A DNA stretch of 64,000 nt from Mantamonas sphyraenae STR306 (Eukaryota > Protista > CRuMs). A program made the position numbers and the translations under genes. The stretch's first letter is position 1, and the number at the start of each line of letters is the position of its first letter. The notes beneath the pieces were generated by a model. It did not search any database. It worked only from the letters and a program-made list of their open reading frames with translations, and had not been told where the DNA came from. Where the stretch lies: positions 372,001 to 436,000 of the forward strand of contig JAPMXV010000034.1 of assembly GCA_026936335.1 (NCBI GenBank). The letters run 5' to 3'. Below, piece after piece: positions 55,762 through 64,000 of the stretch.

Positions 55762-56296
55762 CCTGCATCGCCTGTGTGCTCTCTTGCTGCAGCTCCATCC
55801 CTCCACCCAGCGCCATGGAGGCCGCTGCCGCCTCGCTCAGCAGCTGCTCGCTGCTCAGCGATCCAGACTGCATCTGCGCCAGCGTGCGCTTTGCACGGTT
55901 CTCACGGTTCTTCATCGGCGACACTGTCGGCCGGATCAGCATTCTGTCCTCCTCAAATCCCGAGAACGAGTCCTCCGACCGCGACGCCAGCCGCCTGCGT
56001 TTCGCCGCCGGCCCTGGGTCTACAAACCTCTGCGGCGCATCATACATGTTGTTCCACTCTGCCAGCGTCGTTGCAGACGCCGCCCGAGGCAGCCGCCGCT
56101 CCTCCTCCTCTGCATCGCTGAACGTCCCGCTTTCCCCGCACTGCAAAACTGTGGTTTGCCGAAAATGTGAGCTGCCTCTCTCGGTGGTGTGATCACCCCT
56201 CTTCACAACCCTTCTCCCTCCCCGTCCGCCACATACACGCAGACACAGACCGCGATCTGCCCGCCCAGTCGTTGTTGCTTTCCACGCCCGACGCAA
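55100..56296 (-). CDS. Hypothetical disordered Ser/Gly/Arg-rich protein with SP/TP sites; start uncertain (first in-frame ATG near 56047)
   Basis: Long ORF with poly-Ser, NLS-like PAAKRRR and proline-directed kinase sites. Confidence 0.5.
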
Positions 56297-56721
56297 ACGA
56301 GTCTGTGTGTGTGGCCCGCCCGTGTGTGTGTCCCGTGTCAGCGCTCGTGATCATTCGCTCCCAGGTTTTTTTTTTCGTGATCACCGCCCCCCCGGCAAAA
56401 ACGCACCCCCAAAGTCCACCAAGAACGACGACGACGACGACAGGTCCAGCACCTCCTCCACCTTTGGAGTCAGCGAGCCCCCCTGCGACCCCATGGTCTC
56501 CCCGCTCAGCTGCATGTCTGTGTGGCGCCGCGAGAATGCATGTTGCAGCGTGTGTCAGCGCCTCCCGTCCCGTCCCTGCACCCGCCACTGCCGTCCCACC
56601 GCTTTGGGCCTCCTGCGCACGCTCCTCACGCACCGTCAAACGAGTCCATGGTCTGTGCACGCCAGCTGTTTGGGGCTTTTTGACTTGCGCAGCGCGACGC
56701 TGGGCCGGCCAACCCAGCGCC

Positions 56722-57201
56722 ATGACTCTCCTCGACGCCACGCCGCAGCTTTCTGTCTACGCCTTTGCGGCTGCCCTCATGTTTCTCAAGGTTGTCGTCA
56801 TCTCGCTCCGTGTCACCCGCACGCGTTTCCGCTACACCACCTTTGCCCACCCGGAGGACTACGGCAAGAAGTCGTGGGACGACGTCTCGGACAAGCTCAA
56901 GGAGAAGCGCAAGATTGGCCTGCCCCACGTCGAACGTGCCTACCGCCTCCACACAAACGACCTCGAGAACATCCCCTTTTTCCTTGCCATTGGCCTCTGC
57001 TGGGTCCTTGTCGCCGAGCCCTCGCTTTTTCTCGCCCGTCTCGCCCTCCTCGGCTACTGCCTTCTCCGCATTCTCCACAACCTCGCCTACATCTTCCAGC
57101 TCCAGCCATGGCGCCTCATCCTTCACATCCTCTCCTACACCATCATCAACGCCATGGCCATCCACCTCCTGACCCTGACCCTGACCCCTGCGCTCTTCTG
57201 A
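56722..57201 (+). CDS. MAPEG family protein (microsomal glutathione S-transferase 1/PTGES-like)
   Basis: FAHPEDY, VERAYRLHTNDLENIPFF, RILHNLAY, QPWR; four TM helices. Confidence 0.92.
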   Translation: MTLLDATPQLSVYAFAAALMFLKVVVISLRVTRTRFRYTTFAHPEDYGKKSWDDVSDKLKEKRKIGLPHVERAYRLHTNDLENIPFFLAIGLCWVLVAEPSLFLARLALLGYCLLRILHNLAYIFQLQPWRLILHILSYTIINAMAIHLLTLTLTPALF

Positions 57202-57370
57202 GGAGGGCTGGGGCGAGGGCGAGGGCGAGGGCGAGGGCTATTTCGGCAAACAAACCTCTTCCATTCATCTCCAACTCATCAATGCACCACACAGCTCCTC
57301 TCTCCTCTCTCCTCTCTCCATGATCTTGATCCACGCCCACCATGCCTTGTCTTTTTCCTCCGCCCCCACC

Positions 57371-57762
57371 ACGCCTCTCTTCCTCCTCCACCCCAACCTT
57401 GACCCCCCACGCCACGCTACGCTTCTCTTCCTCCTCCACCCCAACCTTGACCCCCCACGCCACGCTACGCCTCTCTTCCTCCTCCACCCCAACCTTGACC
57501 CCCCACGCCACGCTACGCCTCTCTTCCTCCTCCCCCACCAACCTTGACCCCCCACGCCACGCTACGCCTCTCTTCCTCCTCCATCCCAACCTTGACCCCC
57601 CACGCCACGCTACGCCTCTCTTCCTCCTCCCCCACCAACCTTGACCCCCCACGCCACGCTACGCCTCTCTTCCTCCTCCCCCACCAACCTTGACCCCCCA
57701 CGCCACGCTACTACGCCTCTCTTCCTCCTCCATCCCAACCTTGACCCCCCACGCCACGCTAC
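57371..57762. repeat. Minisatellite, about 48-bp unit (ACGCCTCTCTTCCTCCTCCACCCCAACCTTGACCCCCCACGCCACGCT), about 8 copies
   Basis: Directly visible. Confidence 0.95.
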
Positions 57763-57979
57763 GCCTTCGGCTACGCCTTCGGCTACGCCTTCGGCTACGT
57801 CTTCGGCTACGCCTTCGGCTACGCCTTCGGCTACGTCTTCGGCTACGCCTTCGGCTACGCCTTCGGCTACGCCTTCGGCTACGCCTTCGGCTACGCCTTC
57901 GGCTACGCCTTCGGCTACGCCTTCGGCTACGCCTTCGGCTACGCCTTCGGCTCCGCTACGCCTTCGGCTCCGCTACGCC
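57758..57979. repeat. 12-bp tandem repeat (GCTACGCCTTCG)n, about 17 copies
   Basis: Directly visible. Confidence 0.95.
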
Positions 57980-60900
57980 TCCCCCTCCCCCTCCACAACC
58001 TCCACACTAAACCCAACCTCCTGATCCAACCCCATGTGCCCATCGCTGAGCAACATGACACAAAACTCCTTCTTCCCGAGCTCCACCCGACTATCCACGT
58101 CGTACAACATGGAACACCTCAACCTTCGCCCGCTGCGCACGTTGACTCTCTTCAACGCAAGCACCTCGTCCGCCTCCTTGTCGGCCACAACCACGAACCA
58201 CCCTCCTCCCCGCACGGGCTTTGGAAACTTGGGTGCGTACACCTCCTGGCTCATTCCACCCGCCACCTCCAGCACCACCTCCACTTCGCCCACCCCTCCG
58301 GCCTCCACCTCCTTTTCCACCACCTCCACCTGCATCCCGATCCGCGGCAGCCCGCGCACCGTCCGCACCACCTCCTCCACGTGCCTTGCGCTCATGTGGC
58401 ACTCCTCCACCAGCACTCCCCGCAGCGCCTCCTCCTCCGCCGCCATCACCTCTGGCAGACACGTCAGCCCGCGCAGGTACAGCTGTTCGTCTTCTGCGCT
58501 CTCCACGTGTGGCAGCGTCCGCAGGCTGCTCTCGTCGTAGTACCGCCCTTGCACCACCATCTGCATCAGCATCACGCACTTTACGCACGTGTCCAGCCAC
58601 CCGCCGTTTGCCGCAATGTCGATCATTGCCTGCAGGATCCGGATGGCCTGGTCCAGCACGCTCTTCAGATCTGTGTAGTAGTCGCTGATGGGCAGCGTCA
58701 CACGCCCAAAGTGCGCCTGCAGCAGCAGGTTGGCCTTCACATGTGCGCTCTCAAACCCACCGTTCTCCACGCCCCACCGCACCTCTGCATTCAGTGCCTC
58801 GTTCAGCACGTCCTCATTATGCCTCACCGGCAGTTCCTCGTACTCTGTAGTCCCGCACATGATTTCCACCAGCTCCGTCACCGAGTGTGCCTGAGTGGCG
58901 TGAGTGTGAGGAGTCAGCCTTCGCTCCCCCCAATCTAGTCCCCCCAATCTAATCCCCCCAAAATCTAACCCCTACCCTACCCCTACCCTACCCCTACCCG
59001 CACATACCCGCACACCCCCACTAACGTGGGGGCGTGCGGGTAGGTGTGCGGGTACGGGTAACTCACCTCATCCAACTCCCGCATAAACCACCCCATACTC
59101 CTATGATCCAGATAATAAAACGAGGCAATGCTCCCCAACACCAACGGATACACGGTAAACCCATCCTCCTCGTCAATCTCGATGCAACTGTTCAACTCCA
59201 GCTCCTTCATCACCGTGCGCACCAGATCCGACAAGTACGCGTTCACCGCCTCCTCACCCACCTCTTCCAATCCATAGTACGACGGGTTCTGCAGCAGCCG
59301 CCTGTAGAAAAACGTCCACGACAGATAATCCACCGCGTCCTGCATGTTCTTCACCGTCCCTCCCACCACCTCGGCGTTCATGTGGTTGTGCAGCTGCTCC
59401 ACCAGGCTCGACTCCACCGGGAACGGCTCGTACAGAAACTTTTTGTAAAAGTTCTTTTTCGGCTCGTGCACCATAATCACACACACCCCCTTCGTGTCAA
59501 ACTGCGGCCGCCCCGCACGGCCCATCATCTGCAGCACATCCGTAATCGGAAAGTCCACGTACCGTCCCGCCTTTGCGTCGAAAAACTCCGTGCCCTTGAT
59601 CACCACCAGGTGCGCCGGCAGATTCACGCCCCACGCCAGCGTCGACGTCGACACAAGCACCTGGATCTTGTTCTCCGCAAACAGCTCCTCGCAAATCGTC
59701 CGGTCTCCGTCGCTCAGCCCTGCGTGGTGCATCCCAATCCCAAACTGCAGCATTTGCCGCAGGTTCGTGTCCCGCACACGCCTCGTCACCTCATCCACCT
59801 CCGCCTCGCTCATCCGCATAAACTGCTTCGGGTTGTCGTGCGCCATACACAAATTAATCAGATCCTGCCCCGTCAGCCGCGTCTGCCGCCGCGACGACAC
59901 AAACACAAGCACCGGCTGGTTGTACGAGTGCGTCATGATCGCCTGATACGTCGGCTTGTTCATCGTCGCCATCCGCGGGCAATAGTTCTTCCCCGCAAAC
60001 CCTTGGATGTGTGCCTCCAGCGGCACCGGCCGCACACTCGGCTTAAAGTTAAACAGGCCCTGCTCCCCGATCCCCAGCCAATCCGCAAGGTCCACCGCGT
60101 TCGACAGCGCCGTCGACAGACCCACAATCCGGATCCGCCGCTCCGTGTGCGACGCAATGTATCGCATTCGCGACACAATCACCTCCAGAATCGGCCCTCG
60201 CTCCGCTCCCAGCAGGTGAATCTCGTCAATCACCACCAACGCCGTCTTTTTCACGTACGACCGCTTCTGCCAGTTCCGACTGATCCCATCCCACTTTTCC
60301 GGCGTCGTCAACACAATGTCCGCCCCCTGCAGCGCTCGGATGTCCGGCGTGTGGTCTCCCGTAAGCTGCACCATCCGCTTCCCCAGCGGCTTGCAGATCC
60401 GCCGCGTCCAGTCCTTCAGCTTCTCCTTCACCAGCGCCTTCAGAGGCGCCACATAGATCACCTTGCTCCCCGCAGGCTCCTCGTTAAACACCCGGTACAT
60501 CGCAATTTCCGCTGCCAGCGTCTTTCCAGACCCCGTCGGCGCTCCCAGCAGCACGTTGTGGTCCGTGTGGTACAGCGTGTGAAACACCTGCGTCTGGATC
60601 GGGTTGAAGTGCGTAAACCCGTAAATAGACTCGTACGCCTCGTTCCCAAACGCACTCACCCCAAGCGGCTCCAGATCCAGCAGGTCCGTGTGCGGCTGGT
60701 GCACCTGCGGCAAAATCATCTCCTCCACATTCACCGCACAAAACGCCTCCGCCCCCAACCACCGGTCGCTCACCGCCCGGAAGTAGTACTGCGGCGGACG
60801 CGGCTCGAAAATGGGAATCGTAAACTCCAGCTTGTGCGTCTCCCCGCGCGTCTTCTTCCCCAGCAGAAAGTACTCCGAGTGGTAGATGTGCTCGTTCTCT

Positions 60901-63900
60901 CCGTCCTCCACCCAGATCCACCACGGCTGCACGCTCCCGTGCACCTTGTCGAACCACTGAAAGTCCGCTCGGATGTACAGCTGCACACGCAGCACCGTAC
61001 GCGTCACAGGCTGCACGTCCGCCTCCAGCGTCAGGTTCGGAAACTGCCGCACCGCACGCGCAATCGTAGGCCCCATCGCCTGGTGCCGCACAAGCACCCC
61101 AATGTCCTTCGCCTCCATCTCCCGCAACTGCCCAATCGACACCCCTCCCCGCTGCAGCTTCTCGATAATCAGCCCCGGAATCTCCTTAAACTGCGCCAGC
61201 GGGTGCTGTTCGTTCCACAGCCGCTGCTCAATCATCTTGCACAGCGTCAAGCACTTTTCCGCCATCGACGGCCAGTTCTTCCGGAACGTCAGCTCAAACA
61301 GCGCACGCGCAATTCGGCTCGCGTTCTGCGTCACGTACCCGCAGTCACTCACAAGCGAAAACGCCTCCAGACGCGCCTGCGTGATGTACGACTGCAGCAG
61401 GATGTTCACCTTGCTCGAAAACTCCTTCTCTCCTCCCTTTGCCACGTCGTACGCACACGACGTGTTGCTCAGCCTCTCCAGCTCCTTCGCCTCCTCCTCC
61501 CTCATCTTCATGTTTTCAAACTCGTTCGCCTGCGACACAAGATCAAACACCTCGTCCTCGCCCATCTGCGCGTTCCACTTTTCGTTGAACGTCTCAATCG
61601 TCTCGTGCTGAATGTAAAAGTGGCTCGCCGTCCGTCCCTTGTCCGTCGCACTAAACATCCCGCTCGCCTCGTGGTACCGAATCATCTCCACCCTGTCCAG
61701 CAGCTTCGCCGCATTAATCACAAAGTCCCGTCGCCGTTCATACAGCACTGGGTCCTCCTCGCGCTCCCCGTACGTGATCCCATACACCATCGGGTTCTTC
61801 AGCATCCGCACAAACAGGTACGTGTAGCTCAGCCACGTCACCGCCTCGTCCACATTCGTCACCGTCCCAGACACAATCTCCGCGTTCAGATTGTCCGGCA
61901 GCCGCTCCAGGAATCGGCTCTCAATCGGCAGCTGCCTGCACAACAGTCCCAGGTAGTGCGGCAGCTTCTCGTGCATCGTCAGAATGATTCCCTCTCCGCT
62001 CGTGTCAAACTGCGGCCGTCCCGCACGCCCGAAAATCTGCATAATGTCCAGCATCCCCAGGTCCACAAACGAGCCCACCTTGCTGTTGTACAACTGCGTC
62101 CCCTTGATCAGCACCGTGTGCGCCGGCAGATTCACTCCCCACGCAAGCGTCGCCGTGCAGCACAGCACCTTCAGGTGGCCCTCCCCAAACAGCCTCTCCA
62201 CCGTGTTCCGGTCCGTACGCATCATCCCTGCGTGGTGCACCCCAAACCCGTCCCGGAACAGATCCTTCAGCTCACGCGCCTTTGTACGCGCAATGTCCCG
62301 TGCCGCCCACTTGTACGACTCCTCCTCCTTGCTCGGCGCAAACAAGTCAATCGTGTTGTACTCCTTTGCCATTTCCGCAAGCGTCTTTGCCGTCTTTACC
62401 GTGTCGTTCCGGCTGTGCACAAAAATCATCACCTGGTACCCGGCTCGCAGCGACTCCACCGCTCGCTCGTAGCAGATTTCGTTCATCGTCGAGATCGCCT
62501 TGAAGTGGTTCCGCGCCTTGACCCCCACAAACTTTTGCGTCAGCGGAATCGGACGGTAGTTGTCCCCAAAGTAGAACAGTCCCGTGTCCGGATTCACTCG
62601 CAGAAACAGCGCCACGTCCAGGTAGTTCGGCAGCGTCGCACTCAGCCCCACAATACGGATCATCGACTGCGTCGTTTCCACCTGCCGCAGCGTACGTGCC
62701 ACAATGCTCTCAATCACACTCCCGCGATCGTCGTGCAGCAGATGCACCTCGTCAATAATCAGCAGCTTCACAAGCGACGTCAGCGCCACGTCGGAGCTCT
62801 TTCGCGTGATCACGTCCCACTTCTCCGGCGTCACCACAAGCATCTGCGTCTCCATAATCTCCTTCTTTGTCAGCTGCATGTCTCCCGTCAGCAGCTCCGC
62901 ACCTTGACTCCCAGCGGTCCCAGCCGCTTCCCAAAGTTCGCCGCCATCTCCGCCGCCAGCGCCTTCATCGGCGCCACGTACACAATCTTAAACTCATCCC
63001 GCCGCAGCGTGTTCCCGCGAAAGTGTTGGCCCACCTCGTGCAAAATCGTCATCATCGCACAGTTCGTCTTTCCCGCTCCCGTCGGCGCGCACACAAGCAG
63101 GTTTTCGTTCGACCTGTACGCCGCCTCAAAGATCTCGCTCTGGATCTGGTTCAGCGTCTTGATCCCCTTGAACGCCATCTGCGCAAACGGCTCAAACTCG
63201 CTAATCGGCACAAGCTCCTCCTTCGGCATGCTCTTCTTCTTCGGCGCAGGCACAATCACCTCGTCGTAGTCTGTCCGCGAGATCTTTTCCGTCCCTGCAG
63301 GCAGCACACGCGTGCCCACATACTCGTCCGACGTCGTCCCTGCCGGCGCAAGATTCAGCGACGACAGCGACACGTTCCGTCCACGCAGCTGCGCATGCTG
63401 CACTCGGCTGATTTCGTCCAGGTCCTCCGCCGTCACATACTCCCGTTCCTCCCTCCCTCCACTCTCCTTGCCCTTGCCCTTGCCCTTTCCCTTCCCTTTG
63501 CCTTTGCCCTTGCCCTTCCCTTTGCCCTTTCCTCCTCCCGCCTGCGTCTCCACAATCTCCTCCCTGTGTTGCAGGATCGCCATGATCAGCTCCAGTGCAA
63601 ACGGCGACAACAGATTGAACAGTTCCTCCTGCAGCTCTTCGCTCGCTCGATCCGACTTGAGCGAGTTCAGCACGCTCAGCGTCACCTCCCCGGCACTCAG
63701 CGGAAATTCAGGGTTCTGTGCCACGTACAGGATCAGAGCCTGCTGCATGTGTTCGTACGTATACTCCTCCTCCTCCTCTGCCTCCCCGCCTGCCTCTCCT
63801 CCTTGTCCTCCGCCGCTGAGATGCAGACCCACCTCCTCCACCGTGTCCTCCTCCAAAAAGGGCAGGCTCGCCGGACTCAACACCTGAAGCGCCAGTGTGT

Positions 63901-64000
63901 CCGGCGTGTACGTCAGCGCCCTGCTTGTCCTAGTCTCCACCACTCTCCCTCCCTCCTCCTCCTCCGCCGTCGTCTCCCCGGCCTCCAAATGCGCCTCTCG
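57973..64000 (-). CDS. ASCC3: ASCC3/Slh1 Ski2-like tandem helicase; N-terminus outside the window; intron 58891-59066; apparent frameshift near 62890-62900
   Basis: Two helicase cassettes (CAPTGAGKTN/IIDEVH; LGAPTGSGKT/IDEIH), YCPRMATMNKP, two Sec63 domains (ELPVRHNED, KANLLLQAHF, YYTDLKSVLDQAIRI). Confidence 0.93.

Noticed and set aside
57371-57979. CRISPR-like array
   Set aside because: No unique spacers, no cas genes, eukaryotic context; these are plain minisatellites
11251-64000. Wider protein-quality-control cluster (UBA6, YAR1-like, HRD1, SEL1L, ASCC3)
   Set aside because: Interspersed with unrelated genes; only HRD1-SEL1L are direct partners

Overview
Gene-dense eukaryotic nuclear DNA with short GT-AG introns and a standard genetic code. 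The ciliary genes CC2D2A and a SHIPPO-repeat protein suggest a flagellated protist (inference). About 20 protein genes can be modelled by eye: a DH-PH RhoGEF with a roughly 830-aa Ala/Glu/Lys repeat, a RanBD protein, a UBA6-type E1, a zf-C6H2/YAR1-like ankyrin protein, CC2D2A, GPI, a SHIPPO-repeat protein, an LRR-ANK-ROC-COR protein, a CocE/NonD hydrolase, HRD1, SEL1L, a class I HDAC, NBS1, an RPA-like OB protein, a MAPEG protein and ASCC3. Four observations stand out. (1) The ERAD partners HRD1 and SEL1L/HRD3 are adjacent with an ATGA stop-start overlap, one of several operon-tight tandem junctions; this is either a bicistron or a fusion gene. (2) A 15.4-kb inverted repeat (39416-46677 / 48527-54858) surrounds a 1.85-kb core and carries symmetric tRNA-Ile(AAT) genes and decayed LRR-ANK and vWA genes. 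(3) A strong G-to-C strand-skew flip, independent of gene orientation, is centred on those tRNAs; together with (2) this makes a candidate origin or centromere. (4) An unassigned structured RNA candidate lies just upstream of the tRNA. All family calls come from motif recognition, not database searches. Homopolymer indel errors appear to be present in this assembly.
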